From Octopus sinensis (lineage: Eukaryota): DNA of 64,000 nt. Under the pieces are notes generated by a model. It had not been told where the DNA came from and did no database searches. It worked only from the letters and a program-made list of their open reading frames with translations. The position numbers and the translations under genes were made by a program. Below, in pieces: positions 28,246-41,918 of the stretch. The DNA lies in contig NC_043009.1 in the NCBI RefSeq assembly GCF_006345805.1, positions 42,842,001 through 42,906,000 of the forward strand, given 5' to 3'. Numbering within the stretch: the first letter of the stretch is position 1; each line of letters opens with the position of its first letter.

Positions 28246-29814
28246 GATCTGTATATCCATTTACTGTTGACTGTTGGAAAGGCGAGTGCTCAATACCACC
28301 CTAGAGATTAACAGTACATATTTCATTTTGGTCAAGTCTGTATCTTGGTACCCAGTGCTTTGCCAAAAGACTTTGTGTCCCCATAGGCAAAACTCAACTA
28401 AGATGAAATATCACACACACACATATCCAAATTTAGGGAACAGAGCTGTTTCCTAGCTAGCAGAATCTCAAAAGTAGTAATTACGAAGATGAGGGATGCT
28501 ATGCTGGCTACTCCTCAGGTCAAAGATATCTATATATAAGTGCAGGTGTGGTTATGTAGTAAGAAGCTTGCTTCCCAAGTACATGGTTCTGGGTTCAGTC
28601 CCACTACATGGAACCTTGGGTAAAGTATCATCTTCTAGAGCCTTATACTCTTAGCGCTCCACTGGCACAGGTCCCAGTCATCGAATTTGTCTGTGTTAAC
28701 TACATCCCAAAGATGGAGCCTTATATCTTTGCTGGAAACTGGCTCCCTCCTCAGTGGAAGATTTATAATAATTAAATAACAGAAGAGACATACATGAACA
28801 CACACATGCATGATGGACATCAATAAATAATGTAAAGTAAATGTAAATTTTATCAACATTTAAAAGAAAATATTAACTTCAAATTTTATAATAATGACTC
28901 TCATAAAAAATGCAACAAATGTTAATAGGAGATGGATTTTGAAGAGAATGTACCAAATTCTGACAGTGTAAACAATTCTGACTTCGGTAATGAAAGTAAG
29001 GTTGGATTAATTCCAGAAATCGAAAGAAAATGGGGGGCATCCATGTTTCTTGAAACAGTTGTTTTAGAATTTATTTTAACACATAGAGAGTGAGTAAATC
29101 ATCATCATCATTTAGTGTCCGTTTTCCATGCTAGCATGGGTTGGACGGTTCAACTGGGGTCTGTGAAGCCAGAAGGCTACATCAGGCCCAGTCTGATCTG
29201 GCAGTGTTTCTACGGCTGGATGCCCTTCCTAACGCCAACCACTCCGCGAGTGTAGTGGGTGCTTTTTACGTGCTTTTTTTTTTAATGTTTTAATGTTTTA
29301 ATGTTTTAATGTTTTAATGTTTTGAAATATTCAGTTGAAGAATACATGTGATTTTATTGACATTTTCTTTATGATTTTTGATAAAATTGTGAACAGACAG
29401 ATTTCAAAGTGAATATATAAAAAAAAAAAGAAAAGAATTTCTAGGAGCAGAATTCAGCAACTGTTAAAGTGAAGAGGAGATAACTGGAAGAAAAAATGGA
29501 TAGACAAGTGCTGCTTCTATATAACTTTAGGAGTAGGGCAGCAAGGTGGCAGAATTGTTAGCATGCCAGGTGAAATGCTCTACGTTCTGAGATCAAATTC
29601 CGCCGAGGTCGACTTTGCCGTTCATCCTTTCGGGATCAATTAAACAAGTACCGGTTATGCACTGGGGTCGATGTAATCAACTTAATCCCTTTGTCTGTCC
29701 TTGTTTGTTCCCTTCATGTCTAGCCCCTTGAGGGCAATGAAGAAATATATATAACTTCAGGAAATTTTTAATTTAGTTCATAAATAAAATAATGAAAATT
29801 GGTTCCTCTTTGAC

Positions 29815-30213
29815 TCTTTTACTCTTTTACTCTTTTACTTGTTTCAGTCATTTGACTGCGGCCATGCTGGAGCCTTTAGTCGAACAAATCGACCCCCGGA
29901 CTTATTCTTTGTAAGCCCAGTACTTATTCTATTGGTCTCTTTTGCCGAACTGCTAAGTGACAGCGACGTAAACACACCAGCATTGGTTGTCAAGCAATGC
30001 TAGGGGGACAAACACAGACACACAAACATATACACACATATATATATATACATATATACGACGGGCTTCTTTCAGTTTCCATCTACCAAATCCACTCACA
30101 AGGTTTTGGTCGGCCCGAAGCTGTAGTAGAAGACACTTGCCGAAGATGCCATGCAGTGGGACTGAACCCGGAACCATGTGGTTGGTCAGCAAGCTAATTA
30201 CCACACAGCCACT
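29815..30213 (-). mobile_element. SINE family A
   Basis: Near-consensus copy. Confidence 0.85.
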
Positions 30214-30925
30214 TCGTTTATTTTTCTATTTTACAACAAAAAAGTAGATATCAATGGATCTTTCTATGATAAACATACATATACACACACACCAGACAGA
30301 CTGGCACTCTGTCAGTTATGGCAACAAGGGTTCCAGTTGCTCTGATCAACAGAACAGCCTGTTCATGAAATTACTGTGTAGGTGGCTGAGCACTCAACAG
30401 AGCACGACACAGAATGCGACAAGGGTGACCCTTTGAAATACAGGCACTATTCATTTTTTGTTAGATGAGTGGCTTATCACAATATGCCGGCTGATATGGT
30501 CAGAGACAACTTCTTTATCTTCCTCAAACTCCCCAACTCCTCAAGACATATGAACACACTTCAACTTTAATACCAGTTTTAATTGGCTTAAATTGGTCAA
30601 TATTATGTATATATATTGTATATATAACGTGAAATAAAGTGTTTTGCTCAAGGAGGCAATGCACCACCAGGAACTGAACTCATGACCTTAAGATCGTGGG
30701 CCAAATACCCTAACCACTAAACCACATGCCTTCACCAAACAAACCAAATAAACTGGTGGGCTATATGCACCTGGGTAAGTTGAAGAGAAAAACAGAGTAT
30801 ACTTCATATAAGATCACAATTTTAAGTTGTAGATAATAAAATGACCAACAAAGAAGATTTTATCAAAATGAAAATCTTCTGGCTACAAACAAATCAGCAA
30901 CTTCCTGAAAGAAAGATTTATAATG

Positions 30926-30960
<35 letters not shown>

Positions 30961-30961
<1 letters not shown>

Positions 30962-31357
30962 TCTTTTAACTTGTTTCAGTCATCTGACGGCAACCATGCT
31001 GGAGCACCGCCTTTAGTCGAGCAAATCGACCTTGGGACTTATTCTTTGTAAGCCTAGTACTTATTCTATCGGTCTTTTTTGCCAAACCGCTAAGTTACAG
31101 GGACGTAAACACACCAGTTATCAAGCGATGTTGGGGGCACAAACACAGACACACAAACACACATACACATATACATATACATATGCATATATACGATGGG
31201 CTTCTTTCAGTTTCCATCTACCAAATCCACTCACTAAGCTTTAGTCGGCCTGAGGCTATAATAGAAGACACTTGCCCAAGGTGCCATGCAGTGGGACTGA
31301 ACCCAGAACCATGTGGTTGGCAAGCAAGCTACTTACCACACAGCCACTCCTGCACCT
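30961..31357 (-). mobile_element. SINE family A
   Basis: Near-consensus copy. Confidence 0.85.
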
Positions 31358-31439
31358 ACATATATATACACACATACATCCACACATTTATTTATATCTA
31401 TATATACATACAAATATATATATATACATATATATATAC

Positions 31440-31483
<44 letters not shown>

Positions 31484-31604
31484 ACAATCAAGGAACGGCC
31501 ATAATAGGCCATTCACCCACTAGAAATAACAGCCAAAGCTTCAACCGCAAATAAAGATCAATTCCGTAAACAGGAGAAAATTTAAAAAAACATTTACCCT
31601 GTAA

Positions 31605-31710
31605 TTCTTGTACGATGCACCGTTTCGTCTGCTGTTTAATGGTAAACTAACCTGATTAAATTAAATCAAGCCAATCTTCCATAGGCCCTCAAGATTCTTC
31701 AGCAAGAAAT
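31605..31710 (-). ncRNA. Type I hammerhead ribozyme (left arm, inverted copy)
   Basis: Reverse-complement copy of 31773-31879. Core CUGAAGA at 31702-31696, followed by GAAA-CGGUGCAUCG-UA-CAAGAA. One extra U in stem II. Confidence 0.8.
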
Positions 31711-31772
31711 AGCCAAGTCGGGACAGATATTTTCACGAGGCATATCTGTCCCGACTTGGCTATTTCTTGGCT

Positions 31773-31879
31773 ATTTCTTGCTGAAGAATCTGAGGGCCTA
31801 TGGAAGATTGGCTTGATTTAATTTAATCAGGTTAGTTTACCATTAAACAGCAGACGAAACGGTGCATCGTACAAGAAAT
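31773..31879 (+). ncRNA. Type I hammerhead ribozyme (right arm)
   Basis: AUUUCUUG-CUGAAGA-A-UCUG-[~58 nt]-CAGA-C-GAAA-CGGUGCAUCG-UA^CAAGAAAU. 8 bp stem I, quasi-palindromic stem III, GUA cleavage site after 31871, A10.1/C11.1 mismatch at the base of stem II. Confidence 0.85.
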
Positions 31880-32106
31880 TACAGGGTAATTTTTTTTTTT
31901 AAATTTTCTCCTGTTACGGAATTGATCTTATTTGCGGTTGAAGCTTTGGCTGTTATTCTAGTGGGTGAATGGCCTATTATGGCCGTTCCTTGATTGTTGA
32001 TGTTGAACTTAAAAATGGTCTACGACTATTTAATTTTTTCCCACTAGGCCGCTGGTGGCAAAAGGAATTCTACAAAATTTTTTTTCACCACCCTATATTG
32101 ATTAAT

Positions 32107-32151
<45 letters not shown>

Positions 32152-32349
32152 ACATATTTATCTCTTTATCTATCTATCTAATTATCTATCTATGTATGAC
32201 TATGAATACACACAAACACACACACATACACATGCACACGTAAGCACGCACACACATATATATGTGTGTATAAATATCTGAACATATACATATGTACATG
32301 TGCATATATATATTCACATGCCTATATGTATATGTATATATATATATAT

Positions 32350-32389
<40 letters not shown>

Positions 32390-34077
32390 CGGTAAAGTTT
32401 ACGAAAATATACAAAAGACGAAGGCAGGTGTATTAGTATAGCGCTCAGAAATAGAGCCTACGCTCTTCGACAGAAAGATACACAGAAAAAAAACAAGGAG
32501 AGAAAAAAAGGAGAGAAAAAAATATATATATATATATAAATTCACATGCATACACACAAGCATCATCATCATTGTTTCATTGTTTTAATGTACAATTTTG
32601 ATGCATGCATCACAGGGAGATTATTTCCAACTGCCTTCCCTGTCACCAACCGTTATCTGTCTACAAGCAAGGTATTATTTCCCACGTAGCTAGATATGTC
32701 TTTGCTGGATATCAAAAATGAATGACATTGATTTACAACAATCTCACAAACACACACACACACATACATGTACATATATATCTATATCACCGGCTTCTTT
32801 TAGTTTCTGTCTGCCAAGTAAATTCACAAGACTTTTGATGCCCAGAACTATATTAGAAGCCCAAGATACTATGCTGGGATTGAACACAAAGTCATGTAGT
32901 TGGAAAGCAAATTCCTAAACCACACAGCCACACTTCCATAAGAGTATGTGTGCGTGTGTGTGTGTGTATGTGTGTGTGTGTGTGTGTGTGAAGAACCATC
33001 AAGCCAAGTAAAATCGTAGTCATAGCAGATACTGGTGGCACGCAAATGGCACCTATGCTGGTGGCATGAAAAAGCACTCATTACTCTCTTGGAATGGTTG
33101 GCGTTAGGAAGGGCATCCAGCTGTAGAAAACTATGCCAAATAAGACTGGAGTCTGGTGCAGTCTTCCAGCTTACCAGCCATGGTCAAACCGTCCAACCCA
33201 TGCCAGCGAAGACAACAGATGTTAAATGACTATGATGATGATGATGATATATATAAACTTGTATGGCTATGTGGTAAGAAGTTTGTTTCCCAACCACAGG
33301 GTTCTGGGTTCAGTCCTACTACATGGCACCTTGGGCAAATGTCTTCTACTATAGCCTCAGATCAACCTTGTGAGTAGAATAAGTACTAGTCTTACAAAGA
33401 ATAAGTCCTGGGTCGATTTGTTCGACTAAAGCAGTGCTCCAGCATGGCTGCAGTCAAAAAAAATGAAACAAATAAAGAATAAAAAGAATATATGTGTATA
33501 TATATAATAATATATATTATATATATATACACACACATATATATATATATTCACACACACACAACATATATATATATATTATATATAATATATATATATA
33601 TATTATATATATATATATATATATATTATATATGTATATGTATATACACACATATATTACTTTATATTTATATATATATATATGCACACACATACATATA
33701 TATTTTTATATTGATATATGTGTGTGTGTGTGCATGTGTGTGTGTACTTAAATATCAGTTTTACATCTATAATCTGATGCAAATAAAAAACACAAGCATT
33801 TAACGAAGTGAGTACATGTTAACTGAGTATTGTAAAAAAAGAAAGAGAAAAAACATTCCAAAACTACAAAAAAAAACCCAACAAAAACACAAACAAATAC
33901 AAAAACATTCCCAGTTGTTTTTAATTTAATTATTTAGAATATAGATACCATAGCTAAGAACTATAAATGAGTTTCTATTCATTTTCATTATCAGGAATCT
34001 AATTAATGCTGAGAATACACCAACACCACTACCAATATTAAGAAGACCGATAATAATAATAATAATAATAATAATAA

Positions 34078-34111
<34 letters not shown>

Positions 34112-34154
34112 GTAATGAGAACAAGAAAAAGAAGAAGAAGAATTTATGAATTTA

Positions 34155-34194
<40 letters not shown>

Positions 34195-34261
34195 GTAACA
34201 ACTATAATAATGTACATATATTTAGCAGTCTAGAAAAATGTATCTTCTTTCATTAGAAAAG

Positions 34262-34341
<80 letters not shown>

Positions 34342-35100
34342 GAAGAATGAGAGAGAAAAAAAATACTAAGCAAAAAAAAAAAAGAAAGAAATCATCGGAA
34401 AGTTATTAATCTTTGATTTAAACGAGAGAGAGTTTACGAGCTGATACCGTGCTAGTGGAATCTTAGAATATACCATGTGATGTTTTAATGAACATGGTAA
34501 TTACCGCTTCAGCAGATGCTGTGTATTTTTGGTAATTATTACAGTCTTTAATTCTAAATGTCAACTTTTAAATTCTATAGATTATTGGCTTTAAATTGAA
34601 AACATGTGTGATTAATTCAACATATTTTTGTTTTGATTTCTTTTTCTTTGGTTTTGTTTTGAGACTCCAAGAAAAATGGTCTCATAGCATTTCTTCTTTC
34701 CTTGGTTGGCTTTTTAAAAGCTAATGACATATTTTCATTTTCTGTTTCATCAGCAGAAATTCTGGTGTTGTTTTTTTTCTTCTATTCTTTATTGGTTTCA
34801 TGCTGGGAAACTGCCCTTGAGGGTTATAGTTGATCCTATTGATCTTAGTATATATTCCTCAATGGTATTTATTTGATTGATATCTACTTTTCAGACTGCT
34901 AAGTTAAGGTTCTCGCCAGCAAACATAAACACGCGCACACACACACACACACACATATATATATGTTATGAGAGGTTATGGTGTCAAGAAGACCCAAAGG
35001 TGTCAGGTAATACTGAGTAAGTGATATGGACAAACTATAGTTAAGCTCCAGGTTCAACGTAGGTCATATATTAGTGTGCATATATATATATATATATATA

Positions 35101-35518
35101 TTTTTACTTGTTTCAGTCATTTGACTGTGACCATGCTAGAGCACTGCCTTTAGTCGAGCAAATCAACCCCAGGACTTATACGTTGTAATCCTAGTACTTA
35201 TTCTATCGGTGTCTTTTGCTGAACTGCTAAGTTACGGGGACGTAAACGCATCAGTATCAGTTGTCAAGTGATGTTGGGGTGACAAACACAGACATACAAA
35301 CATATACACACACACACATATATATATATATAATATATATATATATATACATATATATGACGAGCTTCTTTCAGTTTTCATCTACCAAATCCACTCACGG
35401 CTTTGGTCAGCCTGAGGCTTTAGTGGAAGACACTTGCCCAATGTACCATGCAGTGGGATCTAACCCAGAACCATGTGGTTGGTAAGCAAGCTACTTACCA
35501 CACAGCCACTCCTGCGCC

Positions 35519-35559
<41 letters not shown>

Positions 35560-35708
35560 GCTGTGTGGTAAGTAGCTTGCTAACCAGAGTTCAGTCCCAC
35601 TGCATGGCATCTTGGGCAAGTGTCTTCTGCTATAGCCTCGGGCCGACCAAAGCCTTGTGAGTGGATTTGGTAGATGGAAACTGAAAAGAAGCCTGTCATA
35701 TATATGTA

Positions 35709-35743
<35 letters not shown>

Positions 35744-35963
35744 GTATGTGTGTGCATATGTATGTGTGTCTGTGTTTGTCTCTCTAGCATTGCTTGACAA
35801 CCGATGCTGGTGTGTTTATGTCCCCGTCACTTAGCGGTTCGGCAAAAGGGACCGATAGAATAAATACTGGGCTTGCAAAGAATAAGTTCCGGGGTCGATT
35901 TGCTCGACTAAAAGTGGTGCTCCAGCATGGCTGCAGTCAAATGACTGAAACAAGTAAAAGAGT
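35101..35963. mobile_element. Two head-to-head SINE family A copies (35101-35520 minus, 35556-35963 plus)
   Basis: Divergently oriented full-length copies separated by ~35 bp of (TA)n. Confidence 0.85.
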
Positions 35964-36299
35964 ATATATATATCATATTTACTCTCGTATAAGTATTACT
36001 GAGAAGCTGCATGAGTTCAATTTCTGGTGGAACATTGTGTCCTTGAGCAAGACACTTTATTTCTCATTGCTCCAGTCTACTTAGGTGGCAAAAATGATTA
36101 GTACCTGTATTTCAAAGAACCAGGCTTGTCACACTGAGGATCTCCGAGAACTATGTTAAGGGTATACATGTCTGTGGAGCGCTCCACCACTTGCATGTTA
36201 ATTACAAGAGCAAGTTGTTTCATTGATCGAATGAAGTGGAACACTTGTCAACTTAATCGACGGAGAACCAGGCATAGGTCACGCCATTTTATACTTGAA

Positions 36300-36661
36300 C
36301 TAGCAGTATCGCCCGGCGTTGCTCAGGTTTGTAAGGGAAATAACTATAAAGCATTTTTAGAGAGTTATAGCCAAAAAATGGAAAAAAAATGATGGTAAAT
36401 TTTTTTCTTAGTTAAAAAGGTTGAGTTGCGTCCCCTAGACAGTCTGTGGTTTGTGTTTCTGATTCTCGACCCCATGTCGAATTTATTGATTTTTTTCAGA
36501 ACTGGGGGAACTTTTCAAAATTTTCGCTACATTAGTTTTGAGCTATGTGTGTGTCAAGTTTCATCAGAATCGGTTGAAAGCCGTGGTCAGGGTGAGGGTA
36601 CAACCTAACAGACACACAGAAACACACACAGACAAACTGCCATTTATATATAGAGAGAAGA
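36300..36661 (-). mobile_element. Non-autonomous Helitron
   Basis: Minus strand starts A|TCTTCTCTCTATATATAAATGG, followed by a GTCT/GT-rich tract. It ends with a GC-rich hairpin (cctgagcaacgccggg) then ...CTGCTAG|T. Inserted between A and T with no TSD. Confidence 0.75.
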
Positions 36662-37206
36662 TTTAACTGAAAAAATTTGGAGTTTGACTAATATACAAAA
36701 GGACAAAGTTTGAATATGAAAGGGAAAAATTTTTCTACTTAGATTTCATTCTAAATCAGAAGAGTGTGACTAATACACAAGTAAATATGATATATAAGAT
36801 TTTGTGTAATGAGCTGAGGTTTATTTATGCTATATAATTACTGGAGTTTTAGAATCACTACATGGCATGCTTAAATATGTTGAGAGGTAACAGAAAGGGT
36901 TCGTGATAAACAGGGAATGTGGCTGTAAAACACTACTTCGAAAATACTCATCAAACCCCTCCGATCTGGCTTGGATATGCAGATATAGAATAACGATAAT
37001 GAGGATAATGATAATGGTGATGAAAGTGATGGTAATGGTGATTGATGATGATGATGATGATGATGGTGATGTGGGTGTGATGGTGATGATGATGATAAAG
37101 ATGATGATGGCGGTGCTGGTGGTGGTGGTGGTGATGATGGTGATGATGATGATGGTGATGATGATGATGATGATGATGACAATGATGATGATGATGATGG
37201 TGGTGG

Positions 37207-37300
<94 letters not shown>

Positions 37301-39999
37301 GATGGTGATGATGATGATAGTGGCAATGATGATAACGATGATGATGATAGTGATGATGATGAGGATAATGATTGTGGTGGTGGTGGTGATGATGATGATG
37401 ATGATGATGAGGATAATGATTGTGGTGATGATGATAATGATGATGATGATTGTGATGATATATTTTGTTCATTTATACACCTGGTAGATGAAACCTATTT
37501 GGGAGCCCTTCGTATACATACATATACATGTGTGTGTGTGTGTATAAATAAGTGTTTCCCCACATACACACATACACTATCATTTGATGACCATTGTTAG
37601 TTTGTTGACATCCCTGTAACTTAATATTTTGGTTAGATGAATATGTTACTGTGATTTCATTGCTTTTACAGCTAGACACCCTTCACACCTCTAACGTTTA
37701 ATTGTGTTTGCAAGTAAGAGATCTTTTATTCCACACCAGAAAATTATTTGTTGAGGAAAGAAATGATAACTTTTATTTAACATTTGTATGTATGTGTGTA
37801 TGTGTGCGTGCATGTGTGTGTGTGTGTGCGCATGTGTCTGCATGTGTGAGTGTGGTGGATGAATGAGTAAAATCAAGAAAACCACAAGTGGGACAAGTTT
37901 TATGAAAGGTGTTATTTGTATAATGCTTGAAAGGAATAGGGAAAATTTTTTAACGTTTTGGATGCTAGTCCTTTGTCAGAAGAAAGAAAAACTAGGAAAA
38001 ATGGTGGAAAGAAGAAAGAGAGAGAGAATAGAGTGAAGGAGGAAAAGGAGAAGTGAGAGAGAGAAAACATAGAGAAGGAATAAGAAATAGATAAGTGGTT
38101 GTGAGTAATTAGATGCAAAGTAAGGAGCAACATGTTTGAGCTGGCACATGAAGGTGGGATTCATATAGCTTTGTTTTGACATCAGAAGCATAGTTATTCA
38201 TTTTCACTCACCCTCATGAACTTTATAAACATATCCATCCATTTGTATGGATATGCTCCCATGACAATGAGGACAATGTTGATGAAAACAACAATGATGA
38301 GTAGTATATAATGAGCTTCAGCACAGTTTCTCTCAGCTAAATTCTATTCATAAAACACAAAGCTACAGCAGAAGAATACTTGTTGAAGATGCAATACAGT
38401 AAGAGAGAACTTAAATTGTGTAATTATGAAGTAGACTTCTTAAACACTCACCCATCTGTGGAAAAATGTTTCTTTATTAGTTTTTATACATGTAAGTTAT
38501 CTGGATATCAAATATAATACTCAGCTTATTCAAAACTGGTGAACAACTCATTATACAGTAAAAAGCATTACATACTTGAGAAGAAAAATTAATCAAAATA
38601 TATCTGTACGTACAGCATCAAAATTTCGTTCATGTATTGGTATCTGTAATAGTAAGTAGTGCAATATATATCTAAGACTGACTGTTTTGATTATTTAAAG
38701 ATTTAAAGATAGATTCACACTTCATATGTACTCATTCTGAAACATACACAAAGCAAATCATATATGCTTATCAAGGAATGTTTGGAGCTTAAAGAAGAAA
38801 ATTATGAATATTAGTTGGGCAATAAAAGACAGTGCCACCTTCTATTTGGATATTTTTGAGAAGTGCCCAGAATTCATCATGGTAGAATATAATATTGCCA
38901 TGCAAGAGATAAAAAAAAAGAAATTTCTTGCTCTGTAGATAAAATGAGATAATGCTTAGATAAAGACATCTAAATCGATTTATAGTGAAAAATTAGCCAA
39001 ATTTGCTAACAGGATAGTTACCTTCAGATGCTGTTATTGCTGAGATCCCTTTCGGTCATGACTAACCATGGGATTGTACCTAGAAAGATACCCTCCCAGG
39101 CATAAGTCCAGGCAAGCTTGTTTATGGAAGACCAGTAGTCGCCCATGCATACTGGCCTCCCCTCTCCATGTTACCAGTGTTATCCAAGGGAAAGGCAAAG
39201 GCTGATACAGCTTGGCACCTGTGGTGTCGCAACTCATTTCTATAGCTGAGTGAACTGGAGCAACATGAAATAAAGTGCCTTGCTCAGGAACACAACATGC
39301 AGCCCAGTCCGGAATTCGAACTCACAACCTCATGATCGTAAGCTCTATGCTCTAACCACTGAGCCATGTACCTTCACTGATGTTGTACTGCTCAGATAAC
39401 AGCAAGATATTAATGAATGACAAGCAATCATTCAGCACGTCACAGTCAAGTATTTAAATGAATTGACCAATGAAAACGATAGGCTCATAATTATTTGACC
39501 TCAAACAGCTGAACTATGCCATCTTTTATTCAGATACACAGTATCAATAGCAACATTATCTAGTGAATCTTATGAAGCTAGTGTGATTTGATCCGAAGGA
39601 GAAAACTTAGCTGCTATTCCTAGCAGGTAAAGTACTATTTAGAGGCCTCCTCATTGTCCTGGTTGTGTGTATATATTTCCGCTGATTCTGTATGAGTTAC
39701 ATTTGGATTTGTGTATGTGTGTGGGTGTTACATTTAATTGTGTGTGCATGTGTATTACATTCAATTGTGTGTGTGTATATCACTTAGTTGTGGGTATGTG
39801 TTAGTTGTGACACGTCGACTCTTGTAATTTCTTTAAATATGTTCTACACAAAATCTAATTTAAATACTATACTAAGAATTTAGTATAGTTTTGTAATTGT
39901 GTTTTTATCTATTTAGTTATTTTTTCTGCAGTGGGTGTGAGAGAAAAATTTGGATTAGAAAGAATTGGAGAGAGAGGGGGAGTGGAGGAGAGAGAGACA

Positions 40000-40577
40000 G
40001 GAGGGAGAGAGAGAGAAAAAAAAAGAAAGAGGATGAAATCAGAAAATGAGAGATGCAGGTACATACATATATGTACAGATGTATATGTATATATGTATAT
40101 ACATGTATATATCCACATATCAACACATACACATATACGCAAATGGAGAGAGAGGGAGAGAGAGAAAGGAAGAGAGAGGATGAAATCAGAAAATGAGAGA
40201 CGCAGGTACATACATATATGTATGTATGTATATGTATATATGTATATACATGTATATATGCACATATGAACACATGCACATATACGCAAATGGAGAGAGA
40301 GAGAGAGAGAAAGGAAGAGAGAGGATGAAATCAGAAAATGAGAGATGCAGGTACATACATATATGTATGTATGTATATGTATATATGTATATACATGTAT
40401 ATATGCACATATGAACACATGCACATATACGCAAATGGAGAGAGAGAGAGAGAGAAAGGAAGAGAGAGGATGAAATCAGAAAATGAGAGACGCAGGTACA
40501 TACATATATGTATGTATGTATATGTATATATGTATATACATGTATATACTCACATATGCACACATGCACATATACGC

Positions 40578-40615
<38 letters not shown>

Positions 40616-40628
40616 AAGAGGATGAAAT
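40000..40628. repeat. Minisatellite, ~145 bp unit x 4.3
   Basis: ggatgaaatcagaaaatgagag recurs at 40031, 40178, 40323 and 40468, with a partial copy at 40620. Confidence 0.9.
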
Positions 40629-41662
40629 GAAGAGAGAGATTTGAGATTAAAGTCTCTGGTGAAAGTGTTTGAGTAATTCAATGATGTGGATGAATTAAGA
40701 ATTGCAATAACACGACACAGAAACTATTATTATTATTATTATTGTTGTTGTTGTTGATCTTGTTGTTTATTCACTAATTAAGCTGTTAATAAGCAAAATT
40801 GACCAGGCTTGTTTTTTTGTTGTGTTTTGTTTTTTGTTCTTTTTTTTTTCGTTTCTGAGAATTGTGTATGCTTAGCCAGATTAATTTTGCCAGGTTTTGA
40901 ACAAATTGACAATAATACAGCATGGAATAATTCTTAATCACTTTGCTATAACGTTAGCTTTTTAACGAACATTGATGTTATACCTTTACTAAGGCCCCCC
41001 AACATAAGTAATTTCATGAAGTTAACATGTAATACAAGCAAAATTTTGCACTCTATTCCTTTCTTTTAAAAAAAATTCTGTTTTACAACATGCATGGCTT
41101 ATATTTTTTTGTTCAATATTTATTTGCTTTTCAGTAAAATTGTTTAAACCACAAAAAATAAAGAACAATAGTAATAATAATACTCTTTTACTTGTTTCAG
41201 TAATTTTGACTGTGGCCATGCTGGAGCACCACCTTTAGTTGAGCAAATCGCCCCCAGGACTTATTTTTTTGTAAGCCTAGTACTTATTCTATCGGTCTCT
41301 TTTGCCGAACCACTAAGTTATGGGAACGTAAACACACCAGCATTGGTTGTCAAGCGATGTTGGGGAGGACACACACACACAAACATATACACACATATAC
41401 ATATATATATATATATAATATATATATATATATATACTCGGAGTGGTTGGCATAAGAAGACATCCAGCTGCAGAAACTCTGCCAGATCAGATTGGAGCCT
41501 GGTGCAGCCATCTGGTTTGCCAGACCTCAGTCAAATCGTCCAACCCATGCTAGCATGGAAAGCAGATGTTAAACGATGATGATGATATATACATATATAT
41601 GATTTTGATTTGATTTTGATTTTTCCAGTTTCAGCTAATGAGCTGTGGCCATGCTGGGGCAC

Positions 41663-41698
<36 letters not shown>

Positions 41699-41871
41699 AA
41701 GGGCTTCTTTCAGTTTCCGTCAACCAAATCTACTCACAAGGCTTTAGTCGGCCCAAGGCTATAGTAGAAGACAGTTGCCCAAGGTGCCACATAGGGGAAC
41801 TGAACCCGGAAGCATGTGGTTGGTAAGCAAGCTACTTACCACACAGCCACTCCTGCGCCTACAATAGCAAA

Positions 41872-41918
<47 letters not shown>

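Larger units (their letters stand above)
31480..32001. mobile_element. ~520 bp palindrome with an HHR in each arm; Penelope-like inverted pLTR remnant inserted in (TA)n
   Basis: Arm 31480-31730 is the near-exact reverse complement of arm 31742-32001, with an 11 nt spacer (tttcacgaggc). About 105 bp of unique tail follows to ~32107, then (TA)n. (TA)n also precedes the left arm. Confidence 0.8.

Noticed and set aside
28443-28518. Minus-strand CUGAGGA...GAAA with a fair stem II
   Set aside because: No stem I or stem III pairing and a G-G pair at 10.1/11.1; cannot be supported.
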